In this document: positions 52,248 through 63,004 of the stretch, one piece after another
Layout: each line of letters opens with the position of its first letter
Position numbering within the stretch: the first letter of the stretch is position 1
Assembly: GCA_964605225.1 (NCBI GenBank)
Contig: CAZSAY010000003.1
Span: 1,863-65,862 of the forward strand
From: an uncultured Thermodesulfobacteriota bacterium
GTDB taxonomy: Bacteria > Desulfobacterota > GWC2-55-46 > JADFVP01
Direction: 5' to 3'
Length of the DNA: 64,000 nucleotides
The notes under the pieces: generated by a model
The model's input: only the letters and a program-made list of their open reading frames with translations
What the model was told of the DNA's origin: nothing
Databases searched by the model: none
Translations under genes and position numbers: made by a program

Positions 52248-53993
52248 GTGATAAGGAGGGGTCTGGCCATAAGCTGGAAACTGAGGGAAAAGTCGAGAAA
52301 GAAACTCGCTCTGGAAGAGGGGGCCGTAAAAAAAGACCCCGGAGGGCGTCTGAGCGTGGCCCTTGTATACCCCAACCATTACTCGCCCGCCATGTCCAAC
52401 CTCGGTTTTCAGATTGTTTACAACATTCTTAACGACCTGGACGGCGTGCTGGCGGAGCGCGCTTTTTTGCCCGACCATGAAGACATCGCGGAGTTTGAAC
52501 GCTCCGGTCTGGAACTCTTTACCATTGAGTCAGAGAGGCCCCTTAAGGGCTTTGATATAATAGCCTTCTCTATCTCCTTTGAGGAGGATTATATGAATAT
52601 CCCCCTCATACTTGAGTTAGGGGGGGTGCGTGCTTTATCTTCAGAGCGGGGCGACTCCAACCCCCTTGTAATTGCCGGCGGCATAGCCGCCTCTCTTAAC
52701 CCATGGCCCATAGCTGATTTCATGGACCTCTTTCTTATCGGTGAGGCCGAGGGGGGTGTCGCGGAGTTTATGGAGTTTTATCGCGGAGCTCTTGAGGGGG
52801 AGGGCGCTAACTCAAGGCAGGGTTTATTAAAAACCCTTGACTCACTGGAGTACACCCTTGTCCCTTCTTTTTATAAAATGAAGTATTCTCACGAAGGGAC
52901 CTTGATGGATATAGCCAGTGATGAGGGTATAAAAAAAAGGGTAAGGGCCAAAAAGAATCTATCCTTAAAGGGATTTACCATACCCGCTAATTTCATCCGC
53001 ACCCCCCTCAGCGTCTTTAAAGAGGCGTCGCTGATTGAGATAGAGCGCGGGTGCGGACGGGGGTGCAGGTTCTGCGCGGCGGGCTTTGTCTGTCTGCCGC
53101 CAAGGGAAAGAGGGCTTGACTCTGTCCTTACAGCGGTGCGCGGCGGCGCGAAGACGGGAAAGGTGGGGCTTGTGGGAACGGCCGTATCGGATTACTCTCA
53201 TCTTAACGTGGTTGTTGAGGAGGGCGTGAAGGCCGGGGCGGCTGTAACCTTGAGCTCAATGCGCCTCGATGCCCTTACGGAAGAAAAGCTCGTACTCCTT
53301 GAAAAATCAGGTTACAAGACCATAACCCTGGCGCCGGAGGCCGGCTCCGAGAGGATGAGGGCGGAGATAAACAAGGGCCTTACGGAAGAAGATATACTGA
53401 TGGCCGTGGAGATGGTGGCAGGGGCGGGTTTTCGAAAGATGAAGTTCTACTTTCTCTTCGGCCTTCCAACGGAGGCGGACGAAGACGCCGGGGCCATAGT
53501 GGAGCTCACGCGTAAAATCTCAGCCCTTGCCCGGGGCGCGGCCATTACCATAAGCCTCAACCCCTTCATACCCAAGCCCTTTACGCCTTTTCAGTGGACA
53601 GCTTTTGAAAAGAGGGATGTCCTTAAGAGAAGGCTTGGAGTTATAAAAAAGGGGCTAAAATTCATAAAGGGAGTAAGGCTTAAGTCCATGCCCGTTGATG
53701 CGGCCTTTTTTCAGGCCTACATGGCAAGGGGCGATACGCGGGCAGGGGCCTTTATCACCGAGGCCCGTGAGATTGGGATAAAGGCCGTTGTTAAAAAAAA
53801 CTTGGCCTTTATGGAAGGTGAGCTTTACAGAGAGAGGTGCTTTGACGAGCCCCTGCCATGGGAGATTATAGACCATGGTGTTAGGAAAGAGTACCTCTGG
53901 TCTGAGTACCAAAAAGGCCTCGCCGGAGAACATACAAGGCCATGCGTCCCGGGTTGCATAAGGTGCGGGGTCTGCGTCCCGAAGAGGCATTAA
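52248..53993 (+). CDS. B12-binding-domain radical SAM protein (stand-alone paralogue of the next gene)
   Basis: The N-terminal segment LSVALVYPNHYSPAMSNLGFQIVYNILN is a B12-binding-like region. The radical SAM cluster motif is ERGCGRGCRFCAAG. The start is uncertain. I prefer GTG 52248 (GGAGGG upstream) because track start 52170 lies inside the inverted repeat. Confidence 0.75.
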   Translation: MIRRGLAISWKLREKSRKKLALEEGAVKKDPGGRLSVALVYPNHYSPAMSNLGFQIVYNILNDLDGVLAERAFLPDHEDIAEFERSGLELFTIESERPLKGFDIIAFSISFEEDYMNIPLILELGGVRALSSERGDSNPLVIAGGIAASLNPWPIADFMDLFLIGEAEGGVAEFMEFYRGALEGEGANSRQGLLKTLDSLEYTLVPSFYKMKYSHEGTLMDIASDEGIKKRVRAKKNLSLKGFTIPANFIRTPLSVFKEASLIEIERGCGRGCRFCAAGFVCLPPRERGLDSVLTAVRGGAKTGKVGLVGTAVSDYSHLNVVVEEGVKAGAAVTLSSMRLDALTEEKLVLLEKSGYKTITLAPEAGSERMRAEINKGLTEEDILMAVEMVAGAGFRKMKFYFLFGLPTEADEDAGAIVELTRKISALARGAAITISLNPFIPKPFTPFQWTAFEKRDVLKRRLGVIKKGLKFIKGVRLKSMPVDAAFFQAYMARGDTRAGAFITEAREIGIKAVVKKNLAFMEGELYRERCFDEPLPWEIIDHGVRKEYLWSEYQKGLAGEHTRPCVPGCIRCGVCVPKRH

Positions 53994-54028
53994 GGGATAA
54001 TAATAAGAAAAGGAATAAGACGCAATAT

Positions 54029-56575
54029 ATGGAACCCATTGATATCAAAAAATTTCTACCCCTTGTGAGAAGGCCCTCAAGGTATATCGGCGGCGAGGTC
54101 AACTCCATTAAAAAAGACCTCTCGCGCGTTGGGCTAAGGTACGCCCTTGCCTTTCCCGATAGCTACGAGGTGGGCATGAGCCACCTTGGCATGCAGATAC
54201 TCTATCAGATACTTAACTCAAGTGAAGATATCGCCTGTGAGAGGGTATTTGCCCCCTGGACGGACATGGAGGCCCTGCTTCGTGACAAGGGTCTGCCCCT
54301 TGCCACCCTGGAGTCAAATCTACCCCTTAAGGACTTTGATATTATCGGCTTTTCCCTGCAGTACGAGCTTTCCTACACCAACGTCCTGATGATGCTTGAG
54401 CTCGGCGGTGTGGCGCTACGCGCGGCGGACAGAGACGAGGCCGCCCCATTTGTCCTTGGAGGCGGGCCCCTTACATGCAACCCCGAGCCTGTTGCCGATT
54501 TTTTTGACGCCTTTTTACTTGGCGACGGCGAGGAGGCGGCCATGGAGATGGCCCTTGCCGTTATGGAAGGGCGAAAACAGGGGCTTGGCAGGAAGGCGAT
54601 TTTAAGCGAACTTGCCGCCATAAAGGGCGTATATGTGCCGTCTTTTTTCACCCCCTTTTATAACGAGGACAATACGATAAGGGAGGTCCGGGCCCTTGAG
54701 GACGGATACAGTGGCGTGGAGAGAAGGATAGTCATGGACATGGATAGTTTCGCCCCTGTGCGTCCCATAGTGCCCTTTACGGAGACCATTCACGACCGCG
54801 TGACAGTGGAGATAAACCGGGGGTGCACCCGGGGGTGCAGGTTCTGTCAGGCAGGCATGATTTACAGGCCCATAAGAGAGAGAAGCCCCCGCAGGGTCAT
54901 GGAGATAATAGAGAAGGCCCTTGAAAACACGGGTTATGACGATGTGTCGCTATTAAGCCTCAGCGCCGGGGATTACAGCGCCATCGAGGCCCTTATGCAG
55001 GGGCTTATGAAGGGCTTTGTGCGCCGGCGTATCGCCCTTTCCCTGCCTTCTCTTCGAGTAGGCACCCTTGGGGCTTCGCTTGCCAGGGAGATAAGAAAGG
55101 TTCGAAAAACGGGTTTTACCATTGCCCCCGAGGCGGGCTCCGAGCGTCTTCGCCGTGTAATCAACAAGGGCATCACGGAAGAAGACCTCCTTCGGTCTGT
55201 GCGCGAGGTCTTTGATCTCGGTTGGAAGTCCATAAAACTCTACTTCATGATAGGCCTTCCCACGGAGACTGAAGAGGATGTGATGGAGATAGTGGAGCTT
55301 GCCCGGCGCGTCAAGAGAGCGGCCCGGGGGGAAAGAAAGGGCGGGCGCGCACCGAGAATAAGCGTAAGCGTATCGTCTTTTATACCAAAACCCTATACGC
55401 CTTTTCAGTGGGAGCCGCAGGTACAGCCCGAGGAGCTCCGGCGCCTGCAGGCAATGCTTAGAAAACGGCTCCTGGGCCAGGGCATTGATTTTAAGTGGCA
55501 CGCCCCGGATATGAGCCTTTTGGAAGGCGTCTTCGCCCGCGGCGACAGGCGGCTGGCCTCTGTGATAGAGCGGGCATACAAGGGCGGTTGCAGGTTTGAC
55601 GGATGGGGTGAAAAGTTTGATAACTCCCGCTGGCAGAAAGCCTTTTCCGATGAGGGCATGGAGACGGGGTTTTATACGAAGAGAAGGCGTGCCAAAGGCG
55701 AGGTCATGCCATGGGACCATCTCTCACCCGGTCTGGATAAGGAATTTTTGTACACACAGTACAAAAAAGCCATCCTTGCCGAGCAGACGCCTGACTGCAG
55801 GGATGGCGCATGCTCGGTCTGCGGCGTATGCGACCACAGGGCCGTTAAAAATATTATTACCGATGAAGCTCTGCCCGAGCCTGCGGGAGAGCCTGCAGGG
55901 GTGCGCGAAAACCTGCCGTCCTATAAGGTAAAGCTCAGTTTTACTAAGCGAGGGGCCATGAGGTTTCTCGGCCACCTTGAGCTCATGAAGGTGATAAAGA
56001 GGGCCCTAAGGCGGGCCGGGCTTCCGGTGAAGTACTCGGAAGGTTTCCATCCCATGCCCAAATTGAGTTTTTCTCCGCCCACAAGCCTCGGTGTGGAGAG
56101 CCTTGACGAGTCTCTGGTGATGACCCTCGTAGGGGCGCCGCTACCTGTGGAAAAGATAATCACCAGGCTTAACATCCAGATGCCCGAGGGCATGAGTTTT
56201 AAGAGTTCTTCCAGAGAGTCCTTGAAAGTTACCTCCGGCTCTGATATGATGCAAAAGATTGAGTATATTATAAGTTTTGAAGATAACCCAGGTGGTTTTC
56301 ATATAGATTCTGAAAGGATTGATGGGTATATAAAAGATTTTGTTTCAGGGGACACATTTCCGGCGATAATTACAAAAGGCGAGAAATCGAGGTCAGTAGA
56401 CATTAAGAGCCACATCGTAGAGATAAGACGCCTTGAAGGGGCCAGGGTTAGTCTTATCCTTGCTATTCAGGCCACGGCGGGCATACGGCCCATTGACGTA
56501 CTCGTCCATGTTTTCCATATTCCGGCGCCGGAAGCCCCTCTCGTACCCATCCTCAAGACAAGATCCTTTCAATAA
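54029..56575 (+). CDS. B12-binding-domain radical SAM protein fused to a C-terminal DUF2344-like domain
   Basis: It aligns by eye with the upstream paralogue (LRYALAFPDSYEVGMSHLGMQILYQILN; NRGCTRGCRFCQAG). It carries an extra ~230-aa C-terminal domain (KVKLSFTKRGAMRFLGHLELMKVIKRALRRAGLP). I prefer the ATG at 54029. Confidence 0.8.
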   Translation: MEPIDIKKFLPLVRRPSRYIGGEVNSIKKDLSRVGLRYALAFPDSYEVGMSHLGMQILYQILNSSEDIACERVFAPWTDMEALLRDKGLPLATLESNLPLKDFDIIGFSLQYELSYTNVLMMLELGGVALRAADRDEAAPFVLGGGPLTCNPEPVADFFDAFLLGDGEEAAMEMALAVMEGRKQGLGRKAILSELAAIKGVYVPSFFTPFYNEDNTIREVRALEDGYSGVERRIVMDMDSFAPVRPIVPFTETIHDRVTVEINRGCTRGCRFCQAGMIYRPIRERSPRRVMEIIEKALENTGYDDVSLLSLSAGDYSAIEALMQGLMKGFVRRRIALSLPSLRVGTLGASLAREIRKVRKTGFTIAPEAGSERLRRVINKGITEEDLLRSVREVFDLGWKSIKLYFMIGLPTETEEDVMEIVELARRVKRAARGERKGGRAPRISVSVSSFIPKPYTPFQWEPQVQPEELRRLQAMLRKRLLGQGIDFKWHAPDMSLLEGVFARGDRRLASVIERAYKGGCRFDGWGEKFDNSRWQKAFSDEGMETGFYTKRRRAKGEVMPWDHLSPGLDKEFLYTQYKKAILAEQTPDCRDGACSVCGVCDHRAVKNIITDEALPEPAGEPAGVRENLPSYKVKLSFTKRGAMRFLGHLELMKVIKRALRRAGLPVKYSEGFHPMPKLSFSPPTSLGVESLDESLVMTLVGAPLPVEKIITRLNIQMPEGMSFKSSSRESLKVTSGSDMMQKIEYIISFEDNPGGFHIDSERIDGYIKDFVSGDTFPAIITKGEKSRSVDIKSHIVEIRRLEGARVSLILAIQATAGIRPIDVLVHVFHIPAPEAPLVPILKTRSFQ

Positions 56576-56709
56576 AAAAGCGCATAAGATCGCTGTTTTT
56601 CATCAGCGGGCTACCGGTGAGACTGGTTTTTTTATAATCAGTGCCATTGCCGTCCTTTTTTTCGGCGGGGGCTCCATGTTTTTGAGGGATTAGTGCGCAT
56701 AAGGTGAGG

Positions 56710-58218
56710 ATGAAAAAAAATAAAACGATAGAGATGTTCGTTAACTCCAATCCATTTGAGACAAGGGTTGCCATTACGGAAGACGCCGCGCTCTCGGAGC
56801 TCTATGTGGAGCGTCCCGAAGAGAGAAAGGTTACGGGCAATGTCTACAAGGGCCGCGTCGCAAGGGTCCTGCCGGGCATGCAGTCCGCCTTTATAAACGT
56901 GGGGCTCGCGAGGACCACCTTTCTCCACGTATCTGATATTCAGGAGACCCTTGAGGACGTTGACGATCAGGCCGGGGACAAGGCCGGGGACGGAGGCGGC
57001 GCAAGGGGCGCGAAAGGCGGCCGTTACAAGGCACTTAGGATTCAGGACCTCTTAAAAGACGGCCAGGACGTAGTGGTGCAGGTTACCAAGGAGCCCATGG
57101 GCTCTAAGGGCGCCCGCGTCTCGAGTTACATCTCCCTTGCAGGCAGGTATCTCGTCTTCATGCCCTCTTATGACAGGGTTGCCGTATCAAGAAGGATATC
57201 GAGCGACAGGGAGCGAAGGCGCCTTAAGAAGATAGTCCAGGGCATGCGTCCCGATGGCTACGGTTTTATCATCAGGACGGTCTGTGAGGGCGCCTCGGAG
57301 CAGGATCTTAAGGCGGATATGGACTACCTGGTAAGGTTATGGAAGTCTATTGATGAAAAGAAGGTCGCCGCGCCTACTCCGTCACTACTCCACGAAGAGC
57401 TCGACCTTACGCTGAGGATGGCGAGGGATAAATTCTCTTCCGAGGTAAAGAGGTTCGTTCTCGACAGGGAGGATGAGTACGAGAAGGTCAGGGATTTTAC
57501 GAGAGAGGTCATGCCCGCCCTTGAGAAAAAGCTTGAACTATACAAGGGTGAAGAGGGCATCTTCGAGAGGTATGGCATTGAGATAGAGATTGACGGGGCC
57601 CTTGAGAACAAGGTCTGGCTTCGCTCCGGCGGTTTTCTCGTCATAGACCAGATGGAGGCCCTGACGGCCATAGACGTTAATACGGGTAAGTACGTCGGCA
57701 AAAAAAATTCCGAGCATACCATAGTCAAGACCAACCTCGAGGCCATTGACGTTATCGTGAAAAACCTGAGGCTCAGGAATATCGGCGGTATTATCGTCAT
57801 AGACTTTATAGATATGCTGAAGGTGTCGGACAGGGACAAGGTATATAATGCCTTGAGGGAGGCCCTTAAGGCCGACAGGGCCAGAACGAATATATTGAGG
57901 ATATCGGATCTTGGCATAGTGGAGATGACGCGTAAGCGTCTTCGCAATAATCTTATCCAATCGATCTGCAGGACATGCCCCACCTGCGATGGTGTGGGGT
58001 TTATAAAATCAACTCATACCGTTATGATGGATATCTACAGGTCGCTTGAGAGAGACCTCTACGTGAAAAAAGACCTTACCCTCTATTGCGGCACCCTTGT
58101 AGCGCAGAGCCTGAAGGATGCTCCCGCTATCATCGATGACCTTAAGAAGAGGTTTGATGCGAAGGTTACGATCGTCCCGGTGGAGAGGTTTCAGCAAGAC
58201 AGGTTCGAGGTCCTCTAA
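56710..58218 (+). CDS. rng: Ribonuclease G (RNase E/G family)
   Basis: An S1 domain (GNVYKGRVARVLPGMQSAFINVGL) and the catalytic region (IDVNTGKYVGK, IIVIDFIDM) are present, along with the zinc-link CRTCPTCDG. Confidence 0.85.
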   Translation: MKKNKTIEMFVNSNPFETRVAITEDAALSELYVERPEERKVTGNVYKGRVARVLPGMQSAFINVGLARTTFLHVSDIQETLEDVDDQAGDKAGDGGGARGAKGGRYKALRIQDLLKDGQDVVVQVTKEPMGSKGARVSSYISLAGRYLVFMPSYDRVAVSRRISSDRERRRLKKIVQGMRPDGYGFIIRTVCEGASEQDLKADMDYLVRLWKSIDEKKVAAPTPSLLHEELDLTLRMARDKFSSEVKRFVLDREDEYEKVRDFTREVMPALEKKLELYKGEEGIFERYGIEIEIDGALENKVWLRSGGFLVIDQMEALTAIDVNTGKYVGKKNSEHTIVKTNLEAIDVIVKNLRLRNIGGIIVIDFIDMLKVSDRDKVYNALREALKADRARTNILRISDLGIVEMTRKRLRNNLIQSICRTCPTCDGVGFIKSTHTVMMDIYRSLERDLYVKKDLTLYCGTLVAQSLKDAPAIIDDLKKRFDAKVTIVPVERFQQDRFEVL

Positions 58219-58342
58219 AGGCGCCCCGGGGGCAGGTGTGGTAGATGGGGGGGCGGCGGTTAAGGCGAGGGGTTGCGCTTAACCTGTGTATGATTTTCCT
58301 CCATGGGGCGGGGCATCTTTAATATACTTTATCTTGAGAGAT

Positions 58343-59008
58343 ATGAAGACGTCCATACCGTTTTTACTGATAGCGCTTATCGCCTTTTCTTTTTTCCCCC
58401 TTTCTCCTGCCTATGGTTCGGGGCAGGCGGGCGAAAAGGTCTTTAAGGCCAAAGGGTGCGGCCGTTGTCATAGTGTGAGAAAGCCCGTTGGTCTTACGCG
58501 CGCGGGATTTCTTGCCCAAAAAGGCCCGGACCTCTGGTACGCCGGAACAAAATTCCAGCCTGGTTTTTTATCTTCCTGGCTCGCCGCACCCAAACCCATA
58601 AGACCACTTGCCTATAACTCCCTTGTAAAAAAAAATAAAGCCGACCATCCCCGCCTTGCCGTCTCCGGGGCAAAGGCCGTGGCCTCGTGGCTGATGACCC
58701 TTAAGGCCCCGGGCCTTTTGGCCCCCGTGGGGATACGGCCAGGGGTAAACGTAAGAGGCAGGATAGTCTTCATAAAAAAATTCGCCTGTTATGGCTGTCA
58801 TCTTGTGGCGGTGCGCACAACCCCTGCCGGAGGGCTCTCGGGGCCGAGTTTCGAGGGGGTTAGAGAGAGGCTTAACCCCGAATGGATATACGCCTTTTTA
58901 ACTAACCCCCGCGCCTTTACCCCCGTGAGCAGGATGCCTGTATATGAGGGGCTTGCCACAAAGGCCGAGATGAAGGCCCTGGCCGAATATGTCGCGGGCC
59001 TTGAGTAA
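58343..59008 (+). CDS. Dihaem class-I c-type cytochrome with signal peptide
   Basis: Two CXXCH motifs (CGRCH, CYGCH) are present, each followed at a distance by a Met-containing region (SRMP). The leader is MKTSIPFLLIALIAFSFFPLSPAYG. Confidence 0.75.
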   Translation: MKTSIPFLLIALIAFSFFPLSPAYGSGQAGEKVFKAKGCGRCHSVRKPVGLTRAGFLAQKGPDLWYAGTKFQPGFLSSWLAAPKPIRPLAYNSLVKKNKADHPRLAVSGAKAVASWLMTLKAPGLLAPVGIRPGVNVRGRIVFIKKFACYGCHLVAVRTTPAGGLSGPSFEGVRERLNPEWIYAFLTNPRAFTPVSRMPVYEGLATKAEMKALAEYVAGLE

Positions 59009-59009
59009 G

Positions 59010-59402
59010 ATGAAAAAAGTTGGAGTAAGTCTCTTGCGGATAAGGTTTTTTTTAGGGGTACTGGTTTTTCCCCTGCTATTTATCGTTACCTTCGAGACCC
59101 TTGCCATCGCGGCCACGGCAAAGGATAACTATGCCTTTTACTGCGCCCAGTGCCATGGTCCCGGCGGCAGGGGCGACGGCCCCAACGCCACGGAGAGCCA
59201 GCCCGTTGACCCCCGTGACCACACCAGCGCCTATGATATGAAAAAACTCACAGACTCTGATATTATAGATGTCTTGCATAACGGCGGCGCGGCCACGAGT
59301 AAATCCACATTAATGCCGCCGTTTAAAAAAACATTGTCCGATAAAGAGATAGAGGAGCTTAAGGATTATCTGCGGGCCCTCTGCCGCTGTCAGCGCCCTT
59401 AG
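59010..59402 (+). CDS. Monohaem class-I c-type cytochrome with signal peptide
   Basis: YCAQCHGPGGRGDG and a distal LMPPF (Met ligand region) are present, with a hydrophobic leader. The ATG follows directly after the upstream stop. Confidence 0.75.
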   Translation: MKKVGVSLLRIRFFLGVLVFPLLFIVTFETLAIAATAKDNYAFYCAQCHGPGGRGDGPNATESQPVDPRDHTSAYDMKKLTDSDIIDVLHNGGAATSKSTLMPPFKKTLSDKEIEELKDYLRALCRCQRP

Positions 59403-59458
59403 CCATCGGCGTGCAAGAGGTGAGGGCGTGATGTAAATTTAGCGTGGCCTTTCAGGAT

Positions 59459-60562
59459 ATGAAGAAAAAGATTTTCACTATCTTCGCCGTCTCTTTTTTT
59501 ATAACCCTTCTCGCCTTGCCCTCTGTCGCAGAGGCCGGCAGGAATGTAAGGGTCCTTGTCCTGCAGGGTGCGGATGTGATCGCCGTGAAAGGGGCCTCGG
59601 GCATGCGTGGTGATCTGATTCTTAAGAGGAGCGCGGGGAGCGTGGTCCTTGTTAACGGCAGGGCCAGAAAACTGCCGCAGTCCTTTAGCCCGCGCCGCGG
59701 GAAGTTCATATATATAAACAAGAGGCCTTACAGGGGAAGGCTGAGCGTATACGCCGACGGAGGCTCCCGTCTTTTCGTGGTAAATGAGCTGGATATAGAG
59801 GAGTATCTTGCCGGGATAATAAATTACGAGATATCTTCCGCCTGGCCCCAGGACGCCGTTATGGCACAGGCCGTGGCGGCAAGGACCTATGTGCTTTACA
59901 GGATGGAGCGGGCCCCCGCAGGGCCTTATGACATAGAGGGAACAACGGCCGGACAGGTCTACAGGGGCGCCGCCGCCGAGGACGAGGCCGCAACAAGGGC
60001 CGTTAAAAGGTGCCGCGGAGAGGTCCTTGTCTACAATGGCAAACCTGCCCTTACGGTATACCATTCAAACGGCGGAGGCCGTACAGACGCCGCAGTGGAT
60101 ATATGGAGAGGAGGGGATGAGTATTACCCCTATCTGCGCTCCGTCTTTAGCCCCTATGACAAGGTCTCTCCCCGTTATACATGGGATTTTGCCATACCCG
60201 CTCCTATCTTCAGGAGGCTCCTCTTGGGAGAGGGGCACCGCATCGGGAGACTGCGGAGCGTAAAACCAATAGAGGTTACTCCGGGCGGAAGGGTTAAGAA
60301 AATAAGTCTTACAGACGAGCGTGGAAAAAGCCTGGTCATTGGCGGCGAGGACCTTCGAAGGCTTTTTGGATATTCCATCTTGAGGAGCTCCCTCTTCAAG
60401 GTGAGCCGCGAGCGCGGCCTCTTTATCTTCACCGGCAGGGGCTCGGGCCACGGTGTGGGCCTCTCTCAGTGGGGCGCCCGAGGCATGGCAGAGGCCGGTT
60501 ATTCATATAAAGAGATACTGAAGCACTACTACCCCGGGGCAAGGCTGAAAAAATTGTTTTAG
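59459..60562 (+). CDS. SpoIID/LytB domain protein (lytic transglycosylase/amidase-enhancer family)
   Basis: A signal peptide (…LPSVAEA) is present. SpoIID-family motifs are LEEYLAGIINYEISSAWPQDAVMAQAVAARTY, HSNGGGRT and GRGSGHGVGLSQWGA. Confidence 0.8.
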   Translation: MKKKIFTIFAVSFFITLLALPSVAEAGRNVRVLVLQGADVIAVKGASGMRGDLILKRSAGSVVLVNGRARKLPQSFSPRRGKFIYINKRPYRGRLSVYADGGSRLFVVNELDIEEYLAGIINYEISSAWPQDAVMAQAVAARTYVLYRMERAPAGPYDIEGTTAGQVYRGAAAEDEAATRAVKRCRGEVLVYNGKPALTVYHSNGGGRTDAAVDIWRGGDEYYPYLRSVFSPYDKVSPRYTWDFAIPAPIFRRLLLGEGHRIGRLRSVKPIEVTPGGRVKKISLTDERGKSLVIGGEDLRRLFGYSILRSSLFKVSRERGLFIFTGRGSGHGVGLSQWGARGMAEAGYSYKEILKHYYPGARLKKLF

Positions 60563-60583
60563 CCGGCAGGGCAGAGGGGCTGA

Positions 60584-60663
60584 CTTTAGTAAGACAGGGT
60601 TCATCTCCTATTGGTTTACTTTGCCCTGTTTTTTTTGTTTTATATGCCCTTTGGCGAAAAGTG
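60584..60663 (+). repeat. Copy 3a of the dispersed repeat (first unit of an 83-bp-spaced tandem pair), hairpin degenerate
   Basis: 60584-60625 matches 60667-60708 at 39 of 42 positions (ctttagtaagacagRgttcatctcctattggtttWctttgc). Confidence 0.8.
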
Positions 60664-60666
60664 TAT

Positions 60667-60736
60667 CTTTAGTAAGACAGAGTTCATCTCCTATTGGTTT
60701 TCTTTGCTCCACTTTCTTTTTTCCAAAAGAAAGTGG
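60667..60736 (+). repeat. Copy 3b of the dispersed repeat with a perfect 12-bp hairpin
   Basis: The box is cctattggttttctttgc. The stem pairs ccactttctttt (60709-60720) with aaaagaaagtgg (60725-60736) around loop ttcc. It sits directly upstream of the -35 of the queA promoter. Confidence 0.8.
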
Positions 60737-60742
60737 AAGTGC

Positions 60743-60770
60743 TTGTATACTCTGATTTTTATGTTACAAT
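60743..60770 (+). promoter_or_regulatory. Candidate extended -10 sigma70 promoter for queA-tgt
   Basis: TTGTAT (60743-60748), 16-nt spacer ending in TGt, TACAAT (60765-60770). It lies 31 nt upstream of the queA ATG. Confidence 0.45.
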
Positions 60771-60801
60771 GGCCATCTTTAGGTTTTTATGATATGACCT
60801 T

Positions 60802-61839
60802 ATGGAGTTAAAGGATTTTGATTACGCCCTTCCCGGGGGCCTTGTTGCCAGGTATCCCCTTGACGAGAGGGACGCATCGAGGCTATTGTCTCTGGACCGC
60901 GGTTCCGGGCGGCTCACCCATGGGGTCTTCAGGGATCTGCCCCATCACTTAAGGCACGGCGATCTTCTTGTCCTTAACGATACACAGGTTTTTCCAGCGA
61001 GGCTAAAAGGGCACAAAGCCACGGGCGGCTCTGTTGAACTGCTCCTTGTGGAGAGGGTCGAAGGGGATGAGGGGGGGGAGGGCATTTGCTGGCGCTGCCT
61101 TGCAAGGCCCGCGAAGGGGCTTGCAGAGGGGCGTGAGGTTTTTTTTGATGCGGGGATAAGCGCCGTTGTAAGGAGCTCCGAGGGAGGCGGTTTTATCATC
61201 TGCGCCTTTAAGGGGCTTAACGAAGAGGCCCTTAACAAGGCCGGGCTCGTTCCCATACCCCCGTATATGGGCAGGGAGCCCGAGGAAGTAGACAGGAAGA
61301 GATACCAGACCGTCTTTGCCGCGAATACCGGGGCCGTGGCGGCCCCTACGGCGGGGCTTCATTTTACAAGGTCCATGCTGAGCTCCCTTAAAGGGCTTGG
61401 AGTTGAGTTAAAGTACATTACCCTTCATACGGGACCGGCTACATTTTTGCCTGTAAGAGAGGATGATATAGAGAGGATAAGGCTCGGCGGCGAGTCTTAT
61501 TGTATAAGCCCTTCTGTATTTGGCGCCGTGATGAGGGCAAAAAAAGAGGGTAGACGGGTAATCGCCGTTGGCACTACCACGGTGCGCACCCTTGAGGGCG
61601 CCGTAATTGACGGCCTTGAAAAACCCCTGCTGAAGGGAAAGACGAGTCTTTTCATCAGGCCCGGTTTTGATTTTAAGGTGATAGACGGGCTGATTACAAA
61701 TTTTCATCTGCCCTGCTCGACGCTACTCATGCTGACGGCGGCCTTTGCCGGGTACGGGCGTCTCATGGCGGCCTATGAAGAGGCCGTTAAAGAGGGGTAC
61801 AGGTTTTATAGTTACGGCGATGTCATGTTTATTTCCTGA
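60802..61839 (+). CDS. queA: S-adenosylmethionine:tRNA ribosyltransferase-isomerase
   Basis: DFDYALPGGLVARYPLDERDASRLL, IPPYM, AAPTAGLHFT, GTTTVRTLE and FYSYGDVMFI motifs are present. Confidence 0.9.
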   Translation: MELKDFDYALPGGLVARYPLDERDASRLLSLDRGSGRLTHGVFRDLPHHLRHGDLLVLNDTQVFPARLKGHKATGGSVELLLVERVEGDEGGEGICWRCLARPAKGLAEGREVFFDAGISAVVRSSEGGGFIICAFKGLNEEALNKAGLVPIPPYMGREPEEVDRKRYQTVFAANTGAVAAPTAGLHFTRSMLSSLKGLGVELKYITLHTGPATFLPVREDDIERIRLGGESYCISPSVFGAVMRAKKEGRRVIAVGTTTVRTLEGAVIDGLEKPLLKGKTSLFIRPGFDFKVIDGLITNFHLPCSTLLMLTAAFAGYGRLMAAYEEAVKEGYRFYSYGDVMFIS

Positions 61840-62958
<1,119 letters not shown>

Positions 62959-63004
62959 CGACAATAGGGACACATCAACGATACTTAACGAACTGCAGGG
63001 AGGA

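Noticed and set aside
60563-60801. PreQ1 riboswitch upstream of queA
   Set aside because: I found no small hairpin followed by the A-rich tail and conserved CUA characteristic of preQ1-I, and no preQ1-II/III-like features. The structure there belongs to the dispersed repeat family, which also occurs at unrelated genes.
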